Positions 18,557 to 27,030 of a stretch of DNA of 64,000 bases are shown one piece after another. A program made the translations under genes and the position numbers. The stretch is taken from positions 85-64,084 of the forward strand of contig JBAZRX010000001.1 of NCBI GenBank assembly GCA_041662725.1, written 5' to 3'. Every line of letters begins with the position of its first letter. The stretch's first letter is position 1. A model generated the notes under the pieces. It saw only the letters and a list, made by a program, of their open reading frames with translations. It ran no database searches and was not told where the DNA came from. The DNA comes from Minisyncoccota bacterium. Lineage in GTDB: Bacteria > Patescibacteriota > Minisyncoccia > Phycocordibacterales > PALSA-1337.

Positions 18557-19267
18557 TCACTGCTTCCAGGCAGCCGACAAGCCGAGGCTGTTATCGTGGC
18601 TGTCATCCCAATAGCTGTCGACGTGTAGGCCCTCATCGAAGCGACCGACGCAGACGTAGCGACCGTCCGAGTCGCAACTGGACGTCCGAACATAAACACC
18701 CTCGAAGAGTCGGACCCCACGAACCTCGAAATAGGTCGTGATGAACCAGCTCATCTCAGCGACGTTCGGCACCTTCTCGAGCGCAGACAGAAGCTTGTTC
18801 TGCTCGCCCCAGGTTTTACTGGTTGAGTTCGAAACAGGCGTCTTCTTGATCAGGAGCCAGCCGAAGGACGTTTTGTCTTCGCGAGCGAACTTCTGGTCGG
18901 AATACCAACCACCCGTCTCCGAGTAGAAGTGGGCGGACTGGATCTCCCGAACATCGAGCGTGGACATCGCCGTGGGTGGCGCAGGCATGACGGCGTAACC
19001 GTTGTCCTTGCACCACTTGAGCACGTCTTCTGACGGCAGACTTTCGGCAAGCGCCATGATCTGTTCGACTGTGTAAACAATGCTCGGGCGAACTTTCGTG
19101 ATTTCCTCGGGTGTAATGAAATCCGCACCGAGGATTGACTGGGCCAGACTGTAATCGGGCGCTTTGGTTGAGAAGCGACGGAACGTTTCGGTAGCTCTCT
19201 GTCCTTTCGGACTGTCTGCGGTTACCAGTGCAGACGTGTTCAATGTTTTCATCGACATCATCTCCAT
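18557..19267 (-). CDS. hypothetical protein in a compositionally foreign (high-GC) gene
   Basis: 236 aa ORF with GC-rich codons (gcg/cgc/gac abundant), unlike the AT-rich flanks. No recognisable motif. Confidence 0.5.
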   Translation of the reverse strand: MEMMSMKTLNTSALVTADSPKGQRATETFRRFSTKAPDYSLAQSILGADFITPEEITKVRPSIVYTVEQIMALAESLPSEDVLKWCKDNGYAVMPAPPTAMSTLDVREIQSAHFYSETGGWYSDQKFAREDKTSFGWLLIKKTPVSNSTSKTWGEQNKLLSALEKVPNVAEMSWFITTYFEVRGVRLFEGVYVRTSSCDSDGRYVCVGRFDEGLHVDSYWDDSHDNSLGLSAAWKQ

Positions 19268-19320
19268 TTGCTGATTTACCGAGAACGCTCGGAACGTCTT
19301 ATCTCATTTAGTAAAATGAC

Positions 19321-19423
19321 CTACTGGGTCAGTTTGAGACGAGCCCTTTATTGCCAAAATTAGGCTCAAAAAGTTTACCCGTCCATAGCTTTATAGCAAA
19401 GAAGGGCTCGTCTCAATCAGTAG
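19321..19423. repeat. imperfect inverted repeat (~26-bp arms, 53-nt spacer) in the divergent region between the high-GC ORF and infC
   Basis: 'ctactgggtcagtttgagacgagccctt' versus 'aagggctcgtctcaatcagtag'. Confidence 0.6.
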
Positions 19424-19566
19424 ATTAACTTGCTAAATCAACAATGATTTTCTATCAAAGAACTACCATAATAGTATACACCTATTATCAGTATCTGTCA
19501 ATACCATTATTTCATTGTCAATTAACTATGAATATGCTATAAATAACCCTTGTAACATATAAGCCA

Positions 19567-20076
19567 TTGGCAATACGAGTCAAAATAAATCATCAAATTA
19601 AGGCGCCGGAATTGCGCGTCGTTACAGCCGAAGGAGAGAATCTCGGTGTAATAAGTCTTTCTGTGGCTCTAGCAGAGGCACAAAAGCGGGGGCTTGATCT
19701 TATTGAGATCTCCCCTACAGCAATACCACCAGTAGCCAAGATAATGGATTTTGGCAAATATCAGTACGATGAAAAGAAAAAGAATAAGATTGCTAAGAGT
19801 AAAACTCAGATGAGTGAGCTCAAGGTAGTCCAGATCAAGATAGGCACAGGAGACCATGATTTAGAACTAAAAGCTAAAAATATCTCCAAATGGCTTACTG
19901 AGGGTAATCGTGTAAAAGTAGATTTATTTCTTATCGGACGTGCTAAGTACATGGAAATGAAATTCTTGAAAGAACGTATGGACCGCGTCCTAAAACTTAT
20001 TACTATTGAATACAAGATTAGCCAAGAAGTAGTAAAAGGTCCAAAAGGTTTGAGTATGGTTATTGAAAAAAAGTAA
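19567..20076 (+). CDS. infC: translation initiation factor IF-3
   Basis: 169 aa. 'INHQIKAPELRVVTAEGENLGV...' matches the IF3 N- and C-domains. Reading frame starts on TTG (non-AUG start typical of infC autoregulation). Confidence 0.9.
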   Translation: MAIRVKINHQIKAPELRVVTAEGENLGVISLSVALAEAQKRGLDLIEISPTAIPPVAKIMDFGKYQYDEKKKNKIAKSKTQMSELKVVQIKIGTGDHDLELKAKNISKWLTEGNRVKVDLFLIGRAKYMEMKFLKERMDRVLKLITIEYKISQEVVKGPKGLSMVIEKK

Positions 20077-20079
20077 AAA

Positions 20080-20230
20080 CTCATAACTCAAAATGCAAAA
20101 CTTAAACACAATAATAGTGCAAAATTCAAAACTCAAAATGCAAAACTTAAACACAGAATTTAATATTAAAAGATCAAGCATTTCAAAAGATGCGATTAAA
20201 CTTTGCACTTTGAGTTTTGCATTTTAAATT
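20080..20230. repeat. UGCAAA-family hairpin repeat, copy C1 (internally duplicated)
   Basis: 'ctcaaaatgcaaaacttaaacaca' occurs twice, followed by inverted 'ctttgcactttgagttttgcatttt'. ~95% identical to the rc of 32519..32625. Confidence 0.8.
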
Positions 20231-20237
20231 AACCACC

Positions 20238-20432
20238 ATGTCAATAAAAACAAATAAATCATTCTCAAAACGTTTCAAAGTTACCAGAAATGGCAAGATA
20301 ACTTCACGTAGACCTGGACAGAACCATTTCAACGCCAAAGAGCGTACAGGAACAAGTATGAGTAAGCGTCGAACTGTTAACGTGTTTATGGACAATAAAG
20401 CCAAAAGCAGATTTTTAGCAACTTCTAACTAA
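20238..20432 (+). CDS. rpmI: 50S ribosomal protein L35
   Basis: 'MSIKTNKSFSKRFKVTRNGKITSRRPGQNHFNAK' L35 consensus; listed ORF begins 21 nt upstream. Confidence 0.85.
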   Translation: MSIKTNKSFSKRFKVTRNGKITSRRPGQNHFNAKERTGTSMSKRRTVNVFMDNKAKSRFLATSN

Positions 20433-20449
20433 CTTTTAATACTAATAAC

Positions 20450-20794
20450 ATGACCAGAGTCAAAAAAGCCGTAAATGCCCTAAAAAATCGTCGTTCAGTT
20501 CTCAAAGCCGCCAAAGGTTTTCGCTTCCGCCGTTCTACCAACGAGGCCGCCGCTAATGATGCTCTTGCACATGCTGGTGCCTATTCATTTGCACATCGTC
20601 GCGACAAAAAGGGCGATTTTCGCCGTCTTTGGAATGTAAAGATTAATGCCGCTCTTCGTCCTCTTGGTTTTTCTTACTCAAAGTTTATTGGGGCCGCAAA
20701 AAAGAAAGGAATCGCCCTAGACCGCAAAACTCTAGCAAATCTAGCAGAATTCCAGCCAGATACTTTCAAGAAAGTCGTTGAATCTGTAAAGTAG
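20450..20794 (+). CDS. rplT: 50S ribosomal protein L20
   Basis: 'MTRVKKAVNALKNRRSVLKAAKGFRFRR...' L20. Confidence 0.9.
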   Translation: MTRVKKAVNALKNRRSVLKAAKGFRFRRSTNEAAANDALAHAGAYSFAHRRDKKGDFRRLWNVKINAALRPLGFSYSKFIGAAKKKGIALDRKTLANLAEFQPDTFKKVVESVK

Positions 20795-20795
20795 T

Positions 20796-22178
20796 TTAAA
20801 TTTTATAAGTTACACCTCTTTCTGGCACTATAGCCTTTACTCCTAGTTCATCGTTAATTCTCTGTGCTAAATGCATAGAAACTCCTGGTTCCCCCATTAC
20901 AACAAACACTTGTTTCAATTTTTCTGTACCTGTAGAAACAAATTCTACTAAATGATCACTATCTTTGTGCGCAGAGTAACCATAAAGAGTTTCTATACAT
21001 GCTTTTACTTTTACAACCTCCTTATTAATATGTACTTTCTTGGCTCCATCAGCTAATTGGCGACCTAAGGAACCAACAGTTTGATAACCAACTAACAAAA
21101 TAGTGTTTTTTGGATCAGGTAAATAATGCTTCTCATGACTGATCACCCGACCACCAACCGACATCCCTGAGCCAGCTAAAATAATTTTAGCGCCTTTCAA
21201 ATGATCTATAACCCGCGATTCATCTTGGGACATAGTATATTCAAGTTGTGGAAATGCAAAGATATCGTCACCATGCCTTATTTGTTCCTTAACATAATCA
21301 TTGAATAAATCATTACCCTCTTTATAAATCTGTGTAGCTTTGATCGCCAAAGGAGAATCAACAAATACTGGGACTTTTGGAATTATTTTACGTTCAACCA
21401 TATTATTTAATTCATAAAGCAGAACTTGTGTACGGTCCATTGAGAATGCAGGAATAACGAGTGTACCACCACGAGCAATAGTATCCTTTATAACTTTTTC
21501 AAATTTATTTGTGCGTTCTTCTATATTTTCATGATTACGATCACCGTAAACACTTTCCATGATCAAATAATCTATATCCCCAACATCTTCAGTGTTTCTT
21601 AGTAAAGGTGCTGGTGAATTACCAAGATCGCCAGTGAATAGGACTTTTAGAGGCACAGCCTCTGTTTGACCTCTTGAAACAACCTCAACCATTGCTGAAC
21701 CTAATATATGTCCAGCATCTTTGAAAGTAATTGAGAGATCTTCAGATACTTTGAAAAGTTCGTGATATTTTATCGTCTTCCACAAAGGAAAAATTGCTTG
21801 AACATCTTCAATGTTATACAAAGGTTCTAACCCTTCTTGTACCGCCTCCATTTCTAAAATACGAACAGCGTCATCTAAAATAATTTCCGCCAAAGCTTTT
21901 GTTTCGGGTGTTGAATAAATAGGTCCTTTATAACCTTCTTTCACTAATTTTGGAATACGACCAATATGATCCAAATGAGCATGAGTAATGAAAAGTGCAT
22001 CAATAGAAGAAAGATCATAAGAAAATGCTACACGATTTTCCTCCATAACTACCCTATCGCCCTGCACAAGCCCACAATCAACAAGAACTTTCGTACCTGT
22101 TGGTGATTCAAAAAGAAAATTAGCACCTGTAACAGTACCGACCCCAGAATAAAATGTTACTTTAGAATTATTTTCCAT
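20796..22178 (-). CDS. MBL-fold beta-CASP ribonuclease (RNase J / CPSF-like)
   Basis: 460 aa. 'HAHLDHIG' HxHxDH motif, beta-CASP region, C-terminal RNA-metabolising domain. Confidence 0.7.
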   Translation of the reverse strand: MENNSKVTFYSGVGTVTGANFLFESPTGTKVLVDCGLVQGDRVVMEENRVAFSYDLSSIDALFITHAHLDHIGRIPKLVKEGYKGPIYSTPETKALAEIILDDAVRILEMEAVQEGLEPLYNIEDVQAIFPLWKTIKYHELFKVSEDLSITFKDAGHILGSAMVEVVSRGQTEAVPLKVLFTGDLGNSPAPLLRNTEDVGDIDYLIMESVYGDRNHENIEERTNKFEKVIKDTIARGGTLVIPAFSMDRTQVLLYELNNMVERKIIPKVPVFVDSPLAIKATQIYKEGNDLFNDYVKEQIRHGDDIFAFPQLEYTMSQDESRVIDHLKGAKIILAGSGMSVGGRVISHEKHYLPDPKNTILLVGYQTVGSLGRQLADGAKKVHINKEVVKVKACIETLYGYSAHKDSDHLVEFVSTGTEKLKQVFVVMGEPGVSMHLAQRINDELGVKAIVPERGVTYKI

Positions 22179-22180
22179 AA

Positions 22181-22552
22181 TTAATTTTTATTTCTAACAA
22201 ACCAAATAGCTATTCCGCCACCAATAATATCATTTAAAAAGTCTTTGGCTGAATTGAAATAATATAATCTCGTCCCTGGTATATATCCGGAAATATTATA
22301 ATAAGCCTCAATAGTTTCCCAAATTATACCTATTACAAGCACTCCGATCATGATACTCAAGCTCTTAAATCTCAACCTCAACCCACTAGAATTAATCAAA
22401 GCGGATATAAATAGCCCTATACCAATACCTCCTAATACATGTAGTGGTATATCAATGAGGGGTATTGAAATGTACAAGCCATCTATAGCGAAAATCTGCC
22501 CTATTAGAACAATGCAGAGAATTATAAGCGACCAGATGTATGTTACCACCAA
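22181..22552 (-). CDS. hypothetical small membrane protein
   Basis: 123 aa, four hydrophobic segments. Confidence 0.4.
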   Translation of the reverse strand: MVVTYIWSLIILCIVLIGQIFAIDGLYISIPLIDIPLHVLGGIGIGLFISALINSSGLRLRFKSLSIMIGVLVIGIIWETIEAYYNISGYIPGTRLYYFNSAKDFLNDIIGGGIAIWFVRNKN

Positions 22553-22871
22553 GCAATTATACGTGAGAAACCAGGAAAAAGAAAAAGCCTGCTTATAAAA
22601 AGTAGACTTTTTCTAATAGATCGCAAGAGTAGAATACCTGTTAGACAGATTGGCACCTAGCACCAAACGCCACAAAGGGTCGCAGATGAAATTGAACAGC
22701 TCTACCTGTTCGTCAGTTTCCAGCAAAAATTAATTTTGTAGGATTTTACTCTTGCAACCTGATTATATTTTATTCTTCCTACCAATAAGTACAAGTGTAT
22801 AAATAGTTCGAACACATTCTTTGACAAAGAATCAAGAACAGATTATTGAACAAATATTTTTATAATTCAAA

Positions 22872-23480
22872 CTATTCCAAGATCCCATCTAAATCGACGT
22901 CATATAACATCGCCTCAGCAATATGTCTGTAATCAAAGAGTTCTTCTTTTTTAAACCAATGTGCAATCTCATCAAGAGCTTCTTTAGGTGAACCTGAAGC
23001 GTGAACTAGATTACGTACGGCACGTCCATCAACATCACTCATACGATACGAATCAAGAACAAAATCACCACGAATGGTACCCATATCAGAAGTAAGAGGT
23101 TCAGTACCTCCTGTAATTTTGCGAACAATTTCAACAGCATGTGCTCCCTGCCATACCATAGCTATAACTGGCCCCTTGGTCATATAATTTACTAAATTCT
23201 TTAGAATAATAGCGGTAATCTTTAGCGGATCTGTAGAAGGTGGAGTTAAACCTTTATCTGTATAACCTTTAATAGTTTTCAAACCTGTTTTAATACGCCA
23301 TTCTGGATCTAAAGTATAGTGTTTTTCAATAAGTTCAGGAGTTGGTATTGTCATTTTAATTCCAACTAATTTAAGTCCTATCTTTTCGTATCTCTTGATT
23401 ATCTCTCCAATAAGAGACCTCTGAATACCATCTGGCTTAATAACAACTAGCGTACGCTCATATTTTGGGTGTTTTTTCAT
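22872..23480 (-). CDS. ndk: nucleoside diphosphate kinase (with internal insertion)
   Basis: 'ERTLVVIKPDGIQR...GEII.R.E..GLK' N-terminal NDK block and 'NLVHASGSPKEALDEIAHWF' active-site His block. Listed ORF starts 39 nt further upstream. Confidence 0.8.
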   Translation of the reverse strand: MKKHPKYERTLVVIKPDGIQRSLIGEIIKRYEKIGLKLVGIKMTIPTPELIEKHYTLDPEWRIKTGLKTIKGYTDKGLTPPSTDPLKITAIILKNLVNYMTKGPVIAMVWQGAHAVEIVRKITGGTEPLTSDMGTIRGDFVLDSYRMSDVDGRAVRNLVHASGSPKEALDEIAHWFKKEELFDYRHIAEAMLYDVDLDGILE

Positions 23481-23545
23481 AATTCGTTTATTATATGGGA
23501 AAAGTAAGGAATGAAGCAAGAGGAGAGTAGCCCTTAAGGGCTACT

Positions 23546-24334
23546 CTACATTGTCAAAACTTCTGCCCCACTCTTCGTAATCACAATGGTATGTTCAAAA
23601 TGTGCGCTTGGACTGCCATCTGCTGTTCTATACGTCCAACCATCTTTATCAAGTTTAATATTCTTTGTACCAATGTTAAACATCGGTTCAATAGCAATAA
23701 CCATTCCAGGTTTCAAAACTTCTCCTTTACCAGATTCACCGAAATTAGGAACATAGGGATCTTCGTGAACACTGTAACCAACACCATGACCAGCAAGTTC
23801 TTCAACTACTCCATATTTGAAAGGTAAAGCTGTTCTAGAAATAGCATTACCAATATCACCAATCCTCTTCCCTCCTTTAGCGGCTTTTATCCCGGCAAAA
23901 AGTGCCTTCTTTGTAACTTCTATTAATTGTTCTAACTCTAGAGAAATCTTACCAACTGGAACAGTTACTGCGGCGTCAGTAATAAGCCCTTTGTGTGTAA
24001 GACCAAGATCAAGAGAAACGATGTCACCTTCTTTAAGAATCTTATCGGTTTCATTAGGAATACCATGAACAATTTCATCATTTACGGAAACACACAAAGC
24101 CGCTGGGTAAGAACTCTTTGAACCAGCAGGTTTGTAATTAAGAAAAGCTCCTTTATCACCACCTTCAGCAATAAGTTCTAATGCGCGTTTTTCTAATTCA
24201 TAAGAATGAACACCTGGACGGATCATTGAAGATAATTCATTCAAAATAAAAGCGTGTCGTTTACCACCTTCACGGAGAATTTGTATATCTTCTTTTGTTT
24301 TTGTTGTGATCATGTGAGAATTAAACAATTGCAC
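23546..24334 (-). CDS. map: type I methionine aminopeptidase
   Basis: 262 aa; conserved MetAP metal-ligand blocks (D..D..H..E..E). Confidence 0.9.
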   Translation of the reverse strand: MQLFNSHMITTKTKEDIQILREGGKRHAFILNELSSMIRPGVHSYELEKRALELIAEGGDKGAFLNYKPAGSKSSYPAALCVSVNDEIVHGIPNETDKILKEGDIVSLDLGLTHKGLITDAAVTVPVGKISLELEQLIEVTKKALFAGIKAAKGGKRIGDIGNAISRTALPFKYGVVEELAGHGVGYSVHEDPYVPNFGESGKGEVLKPGMVIAIEPMFNIGTKNIKLDKDGWTYRTADGSPSAHFEHTIVITKSGAEVLTM

Positions 24335-24425
24335 AATTTAATAATTAAACAATTGCACAATTTAACAATCCCACAATTGAATAGATACAAGTTGTTTTAA
24401 TTGTCATATTGTAGAATTGTTTAAT
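24319..24425. repeat. ACAATT-family hairpin repeat A1 (arms of tandem 8-bp nnACAATT units; contains a 24-bp internal direct duplication)
   Basis: 'ttaaacaattgcacaattta' x2 ... loop ... 'ttaattgtcatattgtagaattgtttaat'. The right arm encodes the last 7 codons of adk (LNNSTI*). Confidence 0.8.
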
Positions 24426-25024
24426 CTTTCCATAATATCCTTATGAATCTCTTCTACCGACCTTTCTCCAAATATCTTCAAAAAATTATATTTTGGATTA
24501 CCATCATAATAAGAGAGAGTTGGTACAACTTCAGTTTCATACCAAGATAAACGCTCTTTTATATCTTCTTCATTATCATCTATACGCTTTCTAGCTAATA
24601 AACGTTTCAATGCCTCTTCAGAACTAATTTCGATATTCACTAACCATGGTTTTGAAAGATTATAAAAATCAAAAATAGAATTTAGTACACCAGCCTCATG
24701 AAATCTTCTAGGAGTACCATCAAAAATAAGATGTTCATTACCTGTATATTTCTCTGAAAGAACCTTTATCCATAAATATACGGGTAGAAATTCAGGCTGA
24801 AGACCACCTTTATCGTATATCTCTTTTGACTTAATCTGTGTAAAAGTTGGACCATTAATAAATTCTCTTAATTCTTTACCTGTCTCTATATGCAAAATAT
24901 CTCTTGCTGGATCCTTTTCTTTTAAAGCTTTTATTAAAAGCTCCACCTGTGTACCTTTACCACAGCCAGAGCGACCTATAAATATAAATGATTGAGGAAT
25001 CATAAGCTTAAGTTTACAGTGCAA
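24404..25024 (-). CDS. adk: adenylate kinase
   Basis: P-loop 'GRSGCGKGTQ', LID and NMP-binding regions. Confidence 0.9.
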   Translation of the reverse strand: MHCKLKLMIPQSFIFIGRSGCGKGTQVELLIKALKEKDPARDILHIETGKELREFINGPTFTQIKSKEIYDKGGLQPEFLPVYLWIKVLSEKYTGNEHLIFDGTPRRFHEAGVLNSIFDFYNLSKPWLVNIEISSEEALKRLLARKRIDDNEEDIKERLSWYETEVVPTLSYYDGNPKYNFLKIFGERSVEEIHKDIMERLNNSTI

Positions 25025-25082
25025 AAGATAAAATGCAAAGTTCTTTGAATTGAACTCTGCATTTCGCCTTTTGCACTATTTT
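25005..25082. repeat. UGCAAA-family hairpin, copy C3, in the secY–adk spacer
   Basis: 'agtgcaaaagataaaatgcaaagttc ... gaactctgcatttcgccttttgcact' inverted repeat. Confidence 0.6.
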
Positions 25083-26370
25083 AATACTCTCTCATTGCTA
25101 CCTGAGCATCTACTTTCTTTAACAAATCAAGAACTACAGAAACAACGATTAGAAGGGCTGTTCCACCAACAGCAACAGAACGATCATTGCCTGGAGAAAA
25201 AGCTTGGATAATAAGTGGAAGAATAGCGACAGCACCAAGGAAAAGCGCACCAACAAGCGTAATGCGAGTCACAATATTACCTATATGTTCCTGTGTATCC
25301 TCACCTGGTCGTACGCCCGGAATAAATGCTCCTGAACGTTGAAGATTTTCTGAGATCATCTTTGGATCAAAAGTTACAGCTGTATAGAAATATGTGAAAA
25401 GTACAACTAAAACAAAGTAGACGGCGCCATAGAACCATTGATTATTGAAGAGTGTCACTACATAAGAAGCCAAACTTGCGATAGTTGGGTAAGCGGCCCA
25501 CTTAGCTAAAGCTGATGCAATAATCTGAGGAAACATCAATATGGAAAGAGCGAAGATTATTGGAATAACGCCAGATTGATTAAGACGTAATGGTAAATAA
25601 GTTGATGAGCCACCGTATACTTTATTACCACGCACTTGTTTAGCATAAGTTACAGGCACAGAGCGTTCAGCTTCCGTAACATAGACTACACCAGCAACAG
25701 AAGCAATAGCGATGACTAACACTGCAAGGTAGAAAGGAAGATCTGATGCTCCAGCTGTAATAATTTTCTGATAATTTTGTACAATTGCCGTAGGTAAACT
25801 GGAAACGATACCAGCAAATATAATAAGTGAAACACCGTTGCCTATACCAAATTCTGATATAAGTTCACCGATCCACATAAGTAACATTGAACCAGCAGAT
25901 ACAACAATAACGTTAACAATGAAAGAGAATATATCCATTTGCGGTAATACATTCTGTGATTGCAAAAGAATAATGAAACCAATACCTTGAACAACAGCCA
26001 AAGGCGCACCGATAAGGCGAGAATACTGTGAAAGTTTCATGCGTCCAGCATCACCTTCTTCATGCATAAGAGCTTTCCATGAAGGAAACATCATGGTCAA
26101 TAACTGGATAATGATAGAAGCTGTGATAAAAGGACCAACACCAAGCATAACTATGGAAAGGTTTGAAAGACCTCCTCCAGAAAATATATTCAAAAACCCA
26201 AGAAGTTGACTAGAGGAGAGTAATTTTGCTAACGCTACAGGGTCAATTCCTGGAATAGGAATAGATGCTAATGCGCGAAATATTACAAGAGCAATAACAG
26301 CAAAACCAATCCTCTTTCTTAAGATTGGATCTCTGAAAGCTATCGTTACTTTTTCTATAAAATTTTGCAT
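25081..26370 (-). CDS. secY: preprotein translocase subunit SecY
   Basis: 429 aa, 10 TM; conserved SecY plug/TM2-TM7 blocks. Confidence 0.95.
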   Translation of the reverse strand: MQNFIEKVTIAFRDPILRKRIGFAVIALVIFRALASIPIPGIDPVALAKLLSSSQLLGFLNIFSGGGLSNLSIVMLGVGPFITASIIIQLLTMMFPSWKALMHEEGDAGRMKLSQYSRLIGAPLAVVQGIGFIILLQSQNVLPQMDIFSFIVNVIVVSAGSMLLMWIGELISEFGIGNGVSLIIFAGIVSSLPTAIVQNYQKIITAGASDLPFYLAVLVIAIASVAGVVYVTEAERSVPVTYAKQVRGNKVYGGSSTYLPLRLNQSGVIPIIFALSILMFPQIIASALAKWAAYPTIASLASYVVTLFNNQWFYGAVYFVLVVLFTYFYTAVTFDPKMISENLQRSGAFIPGVRPGEDTQEHIGNIVTRITLVGALFLGAVAILPLIIQAFSPGNDRSVAVGGTALLIVVSVVLDLLKKVDAQVAMREY

Positions 26371-26396
26371 GAGAATTATTTAATTTACTTCTTCTC

Positions 26397-26570
26397 TTAC
26401 TTCACAACCTTGTCAGATTTCGCAACTTTCTTAGGTTTTTCAGTCTTTACTGCAGAAACTTCTTTCTTTTCGGGCTTAGCAACTTTTTCCTTCTTTGGTG
26501 CCGCCTTCTTTTTAGCTGATTTAACAATCTGTACTTCAGTTTTTACTTTTACAATAACCCTAGAAGCCAA
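26397..26570 (-). CDS. possible lysine-rich small protein (or frameshifted K-rich tail of L15) in the rplO–secY spacer
   Basis: Open frame 'ASRVIVKVKTEVQIVKSAKKKAAPKKEKVAKPEKKEVSAVKTEKPKKVAKSDKVVK' with coding-like AAG/AAA/GCN/CCN codon pattern. Candidate TTG start at 26568..26570. Overlaps the rplO 3' end in another frame. Confidence 0.3.
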   Translation of the reverse strand: MASRVIVKVKTEVQIVKSAKKKAAPKKEKVAKPEKKEVSAVKTEKPKKVAKSDKVVK

Positions 26571-27010
26571 TCCGTAATAGAACCACCAGCTTTTACAATC
26601 TTCTCGCGAGCAGAACCAGAAACAGCACAACCAGAGATCTTAAAAGCCTTCGTAACTTCACCGTCGCCCAAAATTTTAATATAAGGAATATGGCCTGATC
26701 CTGTAGAAACAACACCTTTTTCTATAAGAGTCGTAGGGGTTATCTCTGCATTAACAGAAAAAACTGTTTCAATATCTGAAAGATTAACTACTGTTGCTCT
26801 TTCCTGAAAAGATTTATTAGAATTTTTACCACGACCACGTAACTTTGGAACACGCTTGATAATATCGCGCCACTCTGGACGACGTTTATTACCAGAACGA
26901 GCAGATTGACCTTTACCTCCACGACCTGATGTTTTGCCACGCTTACCTCCACGAGCAACAATCATGCGCTTTGTGTTTGGATATTTTCTTTGTAGTTGAT
27001 TTGATTGCAT
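26549..27010 (-). CDS. rplO: 50S ribosomal protein L15
   Basis: Gly/Arg-rich N-terminus 'GGKRGKTSGRGGKGQ...' and C-terminal 'AREKIVKAGGS'. Confidence 0.9.
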   Translation of the reverse strand: MQSNQLQRKYPNTKRMIVARGGKRGKTSGRGGKGQSARSGNKRRPEWRDIIKRVPKLRGRGKNSNKSFQERATVVNLSDIETVFSVNAEITPTTLIEKGVVSTGSGHIPYIKILGDGEVTKAFKISGCAVSGSAREKIVKAGGSITDWLLGLL

Positions 27011-27030
27011 GGTATTTATTTATTCCACAA

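Noticed and set aside
18440-19450. High-GC segment as contamination/chimeric join
   Set aside because: Cannot be excluded from sequence alone. However, precise flanking by AT-rich terminators/IRs and an intact ORF favour a genuine insertion, so retained as a finding with this caveat.
22553-22871. SRP (4.5S) RNA or RNase P RNA in the long intergenic region
   Set aside because: Conserved SRP domain-IV motif (GGAAGCAGCCA / symmetric loop) and RNase P P4 sequences are absent on both strands.
26549-26640. Programmed ribosomal frameshift joining rplO to the K-rich frame
   Set aside because: No slippery heptamer or stimulatory structure at the frame junction. Kept only as an alternative (assembly indel) explanation.
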